Below are positions 37,501 through 49,359 of a stretch of 64,000 bases of DNA, piece after piece. The notes beneath the pieces were generated by a model. That model saw nothing but the letters and a program-made list of their open reading frames with translations, ran no database searches and was not told the origin of the DNA. The position numbers and the translations under genes are program-made. The DNA lies in contig NW_027266287.1 in NCBI RefSeq assembly GCF_022045235.1, forward strand, positions 3,658,001 to 3,722,000, in the 5' to 3' direction. Origin of the DNA: Haliotis cracherodii. Taxonomy: Eukaryota. Positions within the stretch are counted from its first letter, which is position 1. Every line of letters starts with the position of its first letter.

Positions 37501-40500
37501 TGCTGAATAGCTATTCTACCCTGGGTCTTCGTGATGTGAAAGTACCTCAGAAAATGATAACATTTTTTCCCATGTCTACTAAAGGCACTTAGTTAAAATT
37601 GCTAGATAAATCTCTGGGCATGGTTTAAAATTGCTAGATAAATCTCTTGTCATGGTTAAACAATCAACAAACACAATGTTATTTGTAGAGCCAAAAATAT
37701 TGGGCTAGGCAATGGTCAGAAGAAGTCTGCAGCGTATGAGATGTTTGTGTTGGAGAAGAGGGAGGTGCTGCGCAGGACGATGTCGCTGTGTGAGAGGGCC
37801 ACGCAGAAGGTACTGCGCTATTCCAACAACTTCCTGCATAAGAAGCTCAAGACAGAGGAGGTACAGATNNNNNNNNNNNNNNNNNNNNNNNNNNNNNNNN
37901 NNNNNNNNNNNNNNNNNNNNNNNNNNNNNNNNNNNNNNNNNNNNNNNNNNNNNNNNNNNNNNNNNNNNNNNNNNNNNNNNNNNNNNNNNNNNNNNNNNNN
38001 NNNNNNNNNNNAGTGAGTGATTGGTGGGTGTGAGTGGGTGGGTGTGTGGGTGGGCGGCTGGGCGGGTGANNNNNNNNNNNNNNNNNNNNNNNNNNNNNNN
38101 NNNNNNNNNNNNNNNNNNNNNNNNNNNNNNNNNNNNNNNNNNNNNNNNNNNNNNNNNNNNNNNNNNNNNNNNNNNNNNNNNNNNNNNNNNNNNNNNNNNN
38201 NNNNNNNNNNNNNNNNNNNGGGTGAGTGAGTGGGTATGGGTGAGTGAGTGGGTATGGGTGAGTGAGTGAGTGAGTGGGTATGGGTGAGTGAGTGAGTGAG
38301 TGGGTATGGGTGAGTGAGTGAGTGTGCGGGTGGGTGGGTGCTTGGGTGGCAGGGTGAGTGAGTGAGTGAGTATGGGTGAGTGCGTGAGTGAGTGAGTATG
38401 GGTGAGTGAGTGAGTGATTTGGTATGGGTGAGTGAGTGAGTGAGTGGGTATGGGTGAGTGAGTGAGTGAGTGGGTATGGGTNNNNNNNNNNNNNNNNNNN
38501 NNNNNNNNNNNNNNNNNNNNNNNNNNNNNNNNNNNNNNNNNNNNNNNNNNNNNNNNNNNNNNNNNNNNNNNNNNNNNNNNNNNNNNNNNNNNNNNNNNNN
38601 NNNNNNNNNNNNNNNNNNNNNNNNNNNNNNNNNNNNNNNNNNNNNNNNNNNNNNNNNNNGAGTGTGCGGGTGGGTGGGTGCTTGGGTGGCAGGGTGAGTG
38701 AGTGAGTGAGTATGGGTGAGTGCGTGAGTGAGTGAGTATGGGTGAGTGAGTGAGTGATTTGGTATGGGTGAGTGAGTGAGTGAGTGGGTATGGGTGAGTG
38801 AGTGAGTGAGTGGGTATGGGTNNNNNNNNNNNNNNNNNNNNNNNNNNNNNNNNNNNNNNNNNNNNNNNNNNNNNNNNNNNNNNNNNNNNNNNNNNNNNNN
38901 NNNNNNNNNNNNNNNNNNNNNNNNNNNNNNNNNNNNNNNNNNNNNNNNNNNNNNNNNNNNNNNNNNNNNNNNNNNNNNNNNNGGTGAGTGAGTGAGTGAG
39001 TATGGGTGAGTGCGTGAGTGAGTGAGTATGGGTGAGTGAGTGAGTGATTTGGTATGGGTGAGTGAGTGAGTGAGTGGGTATGGGTGAGTGAGTGAGTGAG
39101 TGGGTATGGGTGAGTGAGTGGGTATGGGTGAGTGAGTGAGTGAGTGGGTATGGGTGAGTGAGTGAGTGAGTGGGTATGGGTGAGTGAGTGAGTGGGTGGG
39201 TGGGTGCTTGGGTGGCAGGGTGAGTGAGTGAGTTTATGAATGGGACATAACTTGTTTATGCCACTGGTGGCATTACAATTGAGCCAGGAAATATCAGCCT
39301 AGTTTGACAAGGGAGGAACTGGACTTTTACAGACGGTTATCTCCCTTGTCTTGGGAAGACGTCGCCATGCCTATCTGTTCTATCTCAGCACAATCAATCA
39401 CACTGTAAGTACAGGGTCTTCAGTGCTTCCTGTAAACAAGGACTCACCTCTACTAACCTGAGCTTCTTGTTCGAAGATCATTTGGTGTTACGAACCTGTT
39501 ATATAGGTCCAATATTCACTCACTTCAATACCCTTGCCCTTTAGAGAGGATGTCGAGCTCAGAGGGTGAAGGGAAAGGCCGCATTAGGACAGCTGCGATC
39601 TCTGATGGACCTGCATACAGAAAAGTGTTGCATTGACAACTGTGTCAGAGTGAGTTTGTAGTGCAGTTCAGTTTGTCGACCCCAGTCTCTCCTGGTTTTG
39701 GTCGTTATTTTTCTTCTGGCCCGTGAAGATTCCAGGGTAGAATAGGTCTTCAGCAACCCATACATGCCGTAAAAGGCGACTAACAGGATCGGGTGGTCAG
39801 GCTCGGTGACTTGGTTGACACATGTCATCGATCCCAATTGCGTGGATCGATTCTCATGATATCAATCACTGGATTGTCTGGTCCAGACTCGATTATTTTA
39901 CAAACCGCCGTCATTTAGCTGGAATATTGCTTAGTGCGGCGTTAAACAACAAACACACAAACAAAACTATTTGTCTTCTGTGGAGGTTCCTGGAAACTTG
40001 GTCCATCTGCACCTCCTCCAAATGCAGGAATTGTCTTTTACTTGTTGCAGAGTGTCTACCCTGGGGATGAGTTAGCTTATCAAAGAGATACTTATCAAGA
40101 CCGAGCTATTTTCTCCAGAGAAGGGGCCTTTTGTGTGTATAATGTTCACATTTAATCATTATTTTTGATGACATGAAGCGGCCGAAGTGCCTATTTTTTC
40201 TTAAGGCTTTATAGGACTCTTTTTTATACTTTATATTCTCTACTATACGAACAAACAAAGTTCTAATGTGCCCCCATGATGGGGGATAGTGACAATGCTG
40301 TTTTCTTGTTGATAATGGAGTTCCTAATTAAATAATAATATACTTTTTATAGGACATTTTAACCAATTTAAATGTTAACATGTTGTTGTTGTTGGTTTGT
40401 TGTTAAAAGCCACACATAGCAATATTCCAGCTATATGACGGCGGTCTGTAAATAATTGAGTCTGAACCAGACAATCCAGTGATTGATATCATGAGCATCA

Positions 40501-43500
40501 ATCCACACAATTTGGATCGATGACATGCATCAACCAAGTCAGCGATCCTGACCACCTGATCCCGTTAGCCGCCTCTCGCGACAAGCATAGTCGCCTTTTA
40601 CGGCAAGTTATGGGTTACTAAAGACCTTTTCTACCCTGGATCTTCATGGGGCAAATGTTAACATGTAATGTTTAAGTGTATAATATCAAACTTATTCTAT
40701 GGTCATTAAATGCACATGTACTACGGAAGTCTTTTAGGGCCATTTTTGTTTTTGACACTATCTTGAAATTTCAAGATACTAAGTTGAAATTTCTAGATAA
40801 TTATCTTGAAATTTCAACTTAGTATGTGTCTTGAAATTTCAACATGACATCTTGAAATTTCAAGTAAAAAACCAAAAAACGAAATGGCCCTAGAAGGCTT
40901 CCAGACACATAACCACATCCACTTGTACTTTTTCTGCCTCATTACCTGGTTCCAACTGCAGTTTATTTAAAAAGGGAGATCTTTGTGGCCTTAAGTGTAA
41001 AGGATACTCCTTAAACCATCACCTGTGCTAATGACGAGGTTATTGATGAAGATTAATGTGGATTAAAGAACTCTTTGCTACTGGTTTAAATTTGGCATTG
41101 CAATTTCTTACTTAATCTCTGTACATCTTCAATTGTTGATTGCTTATTGGAATATTTGTGTACTGATGACTGAAGAAGTTCTGACCAGAGCTACAGATAA
41201 GCTGTGTATTTGCGTAAAATACCCCCAACTATTCAAAACCTATTTACTGTCAATTAACTTGCGTACAGAAACAGATGCATTAAATGAAAAACTCAAATGT
41301 ATAAAAACAGCACTCCTAAATACCCAATAAAGCTTTTTCAGCATCATGCAAAGGAGCTTATTTTTTAAACACAGTTATAAGCCTATATTTAAAATCGTAT
41401 ATACATCTGAAACATTATTCTTTTATTTAAAAAATCTCGAAATGCTTGCTCATTTGGTAAAAATACAATAGAGTGAAAAAATATTGGTTACCCAATGAAA
41501 AGTGAAGATCCAGGGTAGAATAGGTCTTCAGCAACCCATGCTTGCTGTGAAAGGCGATGCTTGTCGTAAGAGGCGACTAACAGGATCGGCTGGTCAGGCT
41601 CGCCTACTTGGTTGATGCATGTCATCAATCCCAATTGTGTTCATCCAACAAACCAACCTACTTCGGCCAAATAAATCTAGTCATTTTAGTCCTGTTGTGG
41701 TTCTTAATTTGTCCTGTTATCAGAAATGTCTGGGTCCAATGCCATTTCTGCTGGACTAATATGGTTACGAGGTGTATGTCTATACTCTATAGCTGTATCA
41801 GACAATAACTAGGGGGCTAAGTGGTCAAGTGGTCAAAAGCTCTATTTCTAACTAAAGATCTAGCATTTTTCCAACTATGTCTTCCCGTTATCAGGTAACT
41901 AATGTTTGAATCTGGCAGTAACTGACCATGTCATTTGAAACAGCCACCTTCTCCCGGACATATTTGTTCTGGCTCGTTACAGTCTGACTGTCACAGTTCT
42001 TCTCGACGCTTTCCTTGATTGACAGGTCCTATGAACATTGATTTGATCCTACTCTCCTTTGATTGGCTACTGACTTTGTAGGCGTGTCAAGTTATGTGCA
42101 TGAATTAAACAATTCATTTTTGTCTGCTTGTCATTTTTGTCTGCTTTGATATATACACCTCTTTTTGTTTAAACTATTGTAGATAAAACATGTTTTCATT
42201 GTCAGATTTAATTATAAGCATTGACTGTGTATTTTTTTTCGGTTCATTTAGGTATGAATCGGAAAACCCATGTGCAAAATTTTGTAAGAATCCGCTACTT
42301 CTAATATGCATATTGAATACAATTTGCGAATCTTTTGAAGTGTATATTATATTTCCCACGTGTGTTGTGTCAGATGGCCTTGACCCACCATCGCCTGCTG
42401 CTGCAGTGGAGGGAGCGAGCGACATCAGGACAACAGGAAGCCAGGAGGGTCTTGGCGGAAATGTTAACGCCCTCTGGTGAGACTTTAAATGTTTAGGACA
42501 ACCTCCCTTGTCTAGTGGTAGCATGTTGCCTGGAGAGCGGAAGGTTGGGGGTTCGATCCCCGGCCGCGTCATACCAAAAGACCTTACAAGATGGTACTTG
42601 TTGTTATCCTGCCTGGGGCTTGGCATTAAGGGGCATGGTGGGTCCCGTAGCATGCTTAGGGGGTCCCAGACATGAGAATAAGGTGTCCCAGGGTGACGAC
42701 GGTACCAGCCTCATATGAAACATGAAGTACCTGTGAACACGGTGAAGCTTATGCTATGTATGGATGGATCTTACCCTGGCTGAAGGTTCTTGTTGTTACC
42801 CTGCCTGATGCTTGACATCATGGGGACAAAACAAGGACTGGTTGGTTTGGAGTCAGTATACTGTGTCTGGATGGGTATCCATATCCGTATCGCACTGTAA
42901 AACTAGTCCAGACTAGTTCAAGCACCCTCACAAACACAATCCTCTCTAATTTGGTAAACCTACACTAACTCCCGTCGTTCTCGTGATCTCAAATTACTGC
43001 CCTTGATTTTCATTGACATTTTATCTTCCAATCAAACGTCAAGATAAGGAAAAAGAACATGGGTAAGGGAGGTCTTGGCACCGCCAATTTTAATGAACAT
43101 GACATCCTTTCCATCAAAAACAGGGCTTTCTTTTGCATGTCAGACAGTTTTTCCGTGTTGAATTTCCCACAAAGTCTATTGTAATCAATAGAACTGACCG
43201 CCATGTTGTTGATATCGCCAAGCCAACATTAAGGCTGGTTTGTAACTCGCATTCTGATGAAACTCAAGGGTGGGTAATTTAAGATTGCACGAACCACGGG
43301 AATGGATCCTGGAGTTAGGGTAGATGTGCCATAATGGAAGCCCGGGAGATATAGAGGATGCACGAATCGATCGATGCTCATGATATCGATCACAGGTTTG
43401 TCTGGTCTGGACTCAATTATTTACAGACCGCCATCATATAGCTTGAATATTGCTGAGTGTGGCGTTAAACAAACAAATAAACAAACAAACTAACAAACAA

Positions 43501-46500
43501 ACAAACCTCACATGCCTCATTGCCTGTGTGTTCAGGAGGAGTGAGGTCCAACTGCTACAAGTTCATCACCTGGGTGACTGGGTGCAGTGCCAGCACTATA
43601 GGGAAGGTCAACGACCAGATGAAGCAGACAGGCGGCGAGAGGGAGCCGCCCCAACATGGACTCCGAAAGTATTGGATGGAAAACCCACGGCGAATCTCCA
43701 GCGACTCTCTCAGTCAAACTCACAGTAAGGATCTATGTTTCATTCAAGTTCCATCCTTGTGGCCATGTTGAAAATACCACTTTGGTAGTAGATCCAGGGT
43801 ATAATAGGTCTTCAGGAACCCATGCTTGCCGTAAAAGGAGGACCCGTGAAGATCCGTGGTAGAATAGATCTTTAGCAACCCATGCTTGCAAAAGGCGACT
43901 ATTATGCTTATCGTAAGAGGCGACTAACGGGATCGGGTGGTCAGGCTCGCTGACTTGGTTGATCTATGCCATCAATCCCAATTGCATGGATTAATGCTCA
44001 TGATGTCAATCACTGGATTGTAGGTCCACACTCGATTATATACAGATTGTCATCATGTAGCTGGAATAATGCTGAGTGTGGTGTTAAACAACGGACAAAA
44101 CAGTAATAGGTCACCCTGGGTTCATTCTGGGTTAGAATAGGTCCCCAGCAAACTGTGCTGGGTGTAGGAGACAAAATGGACCAGTAAGCAGAAGCGGTGA
44201 CTTGGTTGAAAGCATGTCGTCACACCCGTACAGCGAGTATCAATGATCGGCATAATGATCACTGGATTGAGTGGTCCTGATTTGTTTATTCTGAGGGCAT
44301 CATCATATAGCTGGAATATTGCTGAGCAGCATTTTTAAGTAACGAACAAACACCACAAACGGTCATAGGCCACTGGACTGTTTGTGTATCACTCTATTGT
44401 TTGACACAGAGTGCTTTCTGTTATTGTGTGGACGTGTTTATCTTTGTATGATTTAAATCATTTCAGTCATAAGGGTAAGGCAATAATAGATCAAGTTTTT
44501 AGATTTTCATTCCCCTTAGTATCACCATCAAACACAAAACTCACTTGATTTTATTGAGACTACCAACAGAATAGACCCGTGAAGATCCGGGGTAGGTTAG
44601 GTCTTCAGCAACCCATGCTTGCCGTAAAAGGCGACTGTGCTTGTTGTAAAAGGTGACAAACGGGATCGAGAGGTCAGGCTCGCTGACTTGGTTGATTCAT
44701 GTCATCGATTCCAATTGAGTGGATCGATGCTCATGATGTCAATCACTGAATTGTCTGGTTTACAGACCACCGTCATATAGCTGGAATATTGCTGAGTGCG
44801 CCGTTAAACAACAACCAACCAACCAACCAACCAATCAACAGAATAAGAATATCATTGCCCTATTTTTGTACTTGATGAAATGACTTGATGTCACCCATTC
44901 ACATATTAATAAATCAAAAAATGTATTTATTGTGACTCAATAAGCGTGATAGGCTTAGATTTTTGTCCCAAGATTAAGGTGAAGTACAGGGTCACAATGC
45001 TGTCTATGTGTTGTCTGCTGAGTATTATGTATATTGGACTATTTTTATGCTGTTGTGATGTGAAGCATTCCATGAAGGCCAAATGCTACTTTATTTTAGA
45101 TGACAGTATTGGTACGTCTAGTATGCTTGGATCTCCATCATGTCCGTCCGAGACGAGTCCTACCATCTCGGGAGGCAGCACTGTCACCTCTCCTGCCACT
45201 GTACAGCCACAGACACAACAAGGGAATGTGAGTAGACAATGTACTTCTAAACAGAAATAATCAACAATGTGAGTGGTTTAAATTGCGGGTCAAGGTTGTT
45301 GAAACTGAGAATAAAGGTCGTTGAAATTGAGGTCAAGGTCGTGGCAATTGAGGTCAAGGTCGTGTCAGTAGAGGTCATGGTAATTGAAATTGAGGGTCAA
45401 GGTTGTGGCAGTGAGGGTCAAGGTCGTAAACCTTTGTTTTGTGTGCAGAATGAAGTTCAGCAGCAGTTCATGCAGCAACAGGCGCAGCTGCTGAAGATGC
45501 TGGAGCAGAAGCTGATCGAGACGCAAATGATGCAACAGACCCTCATGCAGCAGATTGCCAGACCAGAGGTAATGCTTGATGCCGACCACTCACACAGACC
45601 AGTTGACCAACATTTCCTAATTGATTGTTAACTGTAATATGGAATCCGATTTTTTGAAGAGTGATCTAAGAATAGCAGCTACCTCTGCTAAGGGGCCAAC
45701 CAGTATGTTTCAGAAAAAAATAATTTGTGCTCAATCTTTTTGCTAGCCATGCAGGATGTCCTGGAAAAACAATGTGTTGTGAATTGTTTATAAATTGATT
45801 GGCTCCTCCTTTCCTAGAAAAAAATTGGATGTTTTGAAGGAGTGAATCCCAAGGTTCCCGAGAATACTAAAGTTTTGGTGCCTAATAATCCAGTCGTTTC
45901 ATGACAGATCCAGGGACAGTTGTGTACTTTGTGATAAGAGCATGAACTTGGCACAGTTGTAGGTTGTAACATTCCACCTGCAAACATTCAAAATGGAGGA
46001 ATGAAATTCGGGTACTGTATTCAACGTAATAAGCGCCCTGCTCTAATAAGCGCCCACGGCTATATTTGCTAATATATTGGCTAGTGAACAATACCAATTA
46101 ACCCCCCTTCCGATTGATCAATGTACACAACACTTATTTATTCGCGCATAATACGAACTCGTGTGTTATATGCACCCTTAATTATGGGCATTTAAATTCT
46201 CGAAAAATGTATCTCTCGTATATGAACATTTCAGGCTGTCAGCATAAACCATGAAAATTTATCTTTCAACTCTGTCTTTTTCACCAAAATAATATTCTAT
46301 TAATATTCTATTTCTAATGTTGAGAGCGTCCTGGGCGCTTATTTCATCGAATACAGTATATCTCATATGAAAGAGACCCACAAAGCCACAATCTAACAAT
46401 TTGGAATGTATGTACTCGACACTGCTTCTGAAAAGGACATAACTGTAATTGGGTGACCTAAAGTGAGAAAAAATGAAAAGAATAATAATTTCGATCTTCA

Positions 46501-49359
46501 GTATATCTTTATGACTTAATTAAGAGCTATTGACTAAACCAATATTGTGTATTCATATCTTCAACAACCTACAACTGTGCCAGGTTTCATGCTCATCACA
46601 AAGTGCTCAATTCACAAAACAGCTGCACTATGTATGCACCTTTACTGGCGCACCGCCTCTGTGGTCTAGTGGTAGAGCGTCCGCCCGGAGAGCAGAAGGT
46701 TCGCGGTTCGATCCCTGGCCGCGTCATACCAAAAGACGTTAAAAGATGGTACTTGTTGTTACCCTGTCTGGCGCTCGGCATCAAGGGGCTAAAACAAGGA
46801 CTGGTCAGCTCGGAGTCAGTATACTGTGTCTGAGTGGGGTATTCATGTGAAACTGTGGCATGGTATCTCAGTGAGCTAGCACTATAAATCGGCATCGGTC
46901 CGGACTAGTACAAGCAGCCACACAAACACACACACACGTACATGCAGGTCACTATATAAGTGCAATAATCTTGGAAGCAACGTTAAACCCCATTTCACCT
47001 GTACTTGTGGGTTTCACAAACATCACAGTAAATGTTTGTGTGACCAGTGCCGGGGTTTCCTTCTTGTAATATACTCATATGCTGAGACATGATTGAAATA
47101 CAGTGCAAATGGCTTCCGAAGACATAGACTTATTTATTGTGATGTTTATCCAAATCTAGGTGCTTGCAGCCACAGGTTATCACGTGAAGATTCCAGGGTA
47201 GAATAGGTCTTCAGCAACCCATGCTTGCCGTAAATGGCGACTATGCTTGTCGTAAGAGGCGACTAACTGGAATGGGTGGTCAGGCTTGCTGACTTGGTTG
47301 ATGCATGTCATCGTATCCCAGTCATGTGAATCGATGCTCATGATGTCAATCACTGATTGTCTGGTCCAGACTCGATTATTTACAGTACCGCCCACATATA
47401 GCTGGAATATTGCTGAGTGGGGCGTTAAACAAACCAAACCAAATCTGAAGACATCCTACACTTGAAGCGATAACTATGATAACTGTCTTACTGGCTTTTC
47501 AATGTTTTCTCCAGAGTCTGGCCCCGGTACAGGGGATGCTGTCCCAGCTGGGGCAGTTCCAAGTAGCTGCTGCCAACAGCCCTCAGTTCCAGGCTAATGT
47601 AGCCCAGACGCACACCCCCAATTCCCAGAACACCCAGCTGGAAACTGTCGCTCTGACTCAAGGTCAGACGACACCAACCTCCACTACATCAAACACACAA
47701 AAGAGCTCAGTACTCTCCCAGGTCCAGCAGTTGACTGCTGGTCGCTCAGGGCAACAGGTGACCGTCCAGAGCCAGCAGCAGTTCAGCAATGGTCATCCTC
47801 AGTTTCAGGTTCCAGTTCTCGGTAACCCTCAGCCAAATGTTTTGCATCTGCAAGCACCAAATATTCAGATTAAACTCGCTCAACCTCAGTATGTGGTGCA
47901 GTCAAGTCCCATCAAATCTAATGCCGTGACGTCCACGACCCAAGCTGAAGTTCAAAACACATCCTCACAGCTCGTGTCTGATCAGAAGCCCAGGTCAGCA
48001 CATACTCCACTGACAAAGACGAATCAATCCACTGAAATGACTGGTCAAACCATTCAAATTTCAGAACAGAATGTGTTGAGACATTTTACCAAAGATGAAA
48101 TAACACACATTCAGAATGTTCAAAGTTCTGAACAGTCAAATATGGTTAAGATTGGCAACCAGATCCATCAAGTAATTAATCTTCACCCACAACAGCTATC
48201 TCAAGTTGTTGCTCAGCCGATTCAGTTACAGAACATTCGTCCCAACCTGCAGGGTCTGAGAATTCCAGTTATTCAGCCAGCTCAAAGACCACAACAGCCA
48301 CAGAACCAGCAGGTGCCATTTTATCCCCAAGACTCAAGCAGGCCCCAGCTGCCCCAGTTTGTAACTGTAGCCCCCTTGAACCCTGAACAGATGCAACAGA
48401 GAGGCATTCAGAATATCTGTGTTCCAGCTCGGCTCCCCGTTGGGAGTCCTATAAGTCTCCAGCAGCTTCAGCAGCTTCAGCAGATGTTTGTCCAGTCTCA
48501 GCGACATACCGAGCCTTCCATCCAACAGAAACAGGTGAACAAATTAGCACCCCGTCCAGAGACCAAGGAAAACAGTGCGGTTTCATCACAACAAAGTCAG
48601 TCATTGGGGAAGGAGGCATCTACAGCTTCTTCACAAGGATCAAGATCTGCTGAAACTCAGATTGAATTGCCTCATTGTAAGGAGCCATGTAATGCTGCAC
48701 ATTCAAGACACAAACATAAGAATTCTGGTACAACTGGTGTATCTAATACTGCTCCCCAGTCTGAAAATGTCACTCAGTGTAGTACAGTTAACTCATCAGT
48801 TGAAACCTCCAGTGGACCAGTTTCCTTTCATGGCTTAAATGAAGTTCGTCAACACAGTCAAGAACAGAAGCCATCTTCTGTTTTACTTGCCCAGCATGCT
48901 GCAGCAGAAGATTCCACCAAGATCAACTTCAATGAACTTGAGAGCCATGGGTTAGGTGATTTTGCTCAACTGCAAAGTGTAGGTCAGGGTCAAGGTCATG
49001 ACTCAAATCAAGGCCAAACGGGTCCAAATTCACAAGGAGTCAATTGTGCTTTAGTCGTCCAATCAGTCCCCAACACAAACAGTGAGACATTAAGAAGTGG
49101 TCATCAGACACCTTCAAGCGAACTCGATGAAATGTTAAGGTCATTTGTTATAAACAGACATGGTGACTTTGACCTTGTGTCACCTTTAACCTTGCCAGAT
49201 AACATCACACGGAGCAGAAATAACAGTGGAGAGTCAACAATTGAACCAACAATATCGGTGGATATGTCTTCGTTCCCGAGAGAGCTTTTGAGCATCATTG
49301 CACCACAAGCTCTGACCATCACCATTTCTAACGGACAGTCTCACAATGCCAACCAGTAG
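31530..49359 (+). CDS. Putative nuclear protein with atypical GATA-like zinc finger and Gln-rich C-terminus (~1120 aa, 12 coding exons)
   Basis: Exons 31530-31740, 33331-33489, 34428-34559, 35352-35423, 36373-36499, 37689-37860, 39545-39649, 42374-42476, 43536-43724, 45100-45227, 45449-45568, 47515-49359; all GT-AG with matching phases, total 3363 nt open; basic NLS-like RKKKR/KKKKKK, CDLC...LCNACGL; AATAAA at ~49409. Confidence 0.85.
31912..32648. mobile_element. Putative Harbinger-type MITE
   Basis: Imperfect TIRs ggcccctttacacagg..gacctttg / caaaggtc..cctgtgttaaacccc between TAA/TTA flanks; internal gaggca/tgcctc repeats. Confidence 0.5.
37869..39232. repeat. (GTGA)n/GGGTAT compound microsatellite with four assembly gaps
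   Basis: Directly visible; N-runs interleaved with duplicated blocks, so length is unreliable. Confidence 0.9.
40384..40652 (-). mobile_element. Family B short retroposon with 14-bp TSD aaatgttaacatgt
   Basis: Full-length reverse copy with exact direct repeat flanks. Confidence 0.88.
40722..40904. mobile_element. Small palindromic MITE
   Basis: TIR tacggaagtcttttagggccattt / aaatggccctagaaggcttccaga; internal repeats of palindrome cttgaaatttcaag. Confidence 0.65.
44574..44835 (+). mobile_element. Family B short retroposon (non-tRNA head, (CAAA)n tail), TSD caacagaata
   Basis: Starts gacccgtgaagatccggggt, ends gctggaatattgctgagtgcg..gttaaac-(aac)n; ~20 copies or fragments in window (e.g. 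964-1212, 2904-3142-, 10150-10409-, 17200-17341-, 17818-18055-, 21970-22170-, 26972-27645, 39719-39967, 40384-40652-, 43841-44100, 47181-47443, 49612-49840-, 56962-57226-, 59521-59782, 61445-61670). Confidence 0.88.
46016..46356 (+). mobile_element. Tc1/mariner-type MITE
   Basis: TA flanks, TIR ctgtattcaacgtaataagcgccc / gggcgcttatttcatcgaatacag. Confidence 0.75.
46652..47000 (+). mobile_element. SINE family C (tRNA-derived, ~340 bp)
   Basis: A box tggtctagtggtag, B box ggttcgatcc, body gtcataccaaaagacgttaaaagatggtac..; copies 4595-4760, 25408-25727(-, TSD tgctaaatga), 32875-33140(-), 36972-37250, 42500-42940, 58282-58631(-). Confidence 0.85.
47515..49359 (+). CDS. Terminal Gln/Ser/Thr-rich exon of the zinc-finger gene
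   Basis: Acceptor ttttctccag|agtctg, 614 low-complexity codons to TAG, polyA signal 50 bp downstream. Confidence 0.88.
   Translation, partial: SLAPVQGMLSQLGQFQVAAANSPQFQANVAQTHTPNSQNTQLETVALTQGQTTPTSTTSNTQKSSVLSQVQQLTAGRSGQQVTVQSQQQFSNGHPQFQVPVLGNPQPNVLHLQAPNIQIKLAQPQYVVQSSPIKSNAVTSTTQAEVQNTSSQLVSDQKPRSAHTPLTKTNQSTEMTGQTIQISEQNVLRHFTKDEITHIQNVQSSEQSNMVKIGNQIHQVINLHPQQLSQVVAQPIQLQNIRPNLQGLRIPVIQPAQRPQQPQNQQVPFYPQDSSRPQLPQFVTVAPLNPEQMQQRGIQNICVPARLPVGSPISLQQLQQLQQMFVQSQRHTEPSIQQKQVNKLAPRPETKENSAVSSQQSQSLGKEASTASSQGSRSAETQIELPHCKEPCNAAHSRHKHKNSGTTGVSNTAPQSENVTQCSTVNSSVETSSGPVSFHGLNEVRQHSQEQKPSSVLLAQHAAAEDSTKINFNELESHGLGDFAQLQSVGQGQGHDSNQGQTGPNSQGVNCALVVQSVPNTNSETLRSGHQTPSSELDEMLRSFVINRHGDFDLVSPLTLPDNITRSRNNSGESTIEPTISVDMSSFPRELLSIIAPQALTITISNGQSHNANQ

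Noticed and set aside
37869-38995. ORFs spanning N-runs
   Set aside because: Assembly-gap artefacts; flanking exons join in phase 0 without needing a hidden exon, although one cannot be excluded.
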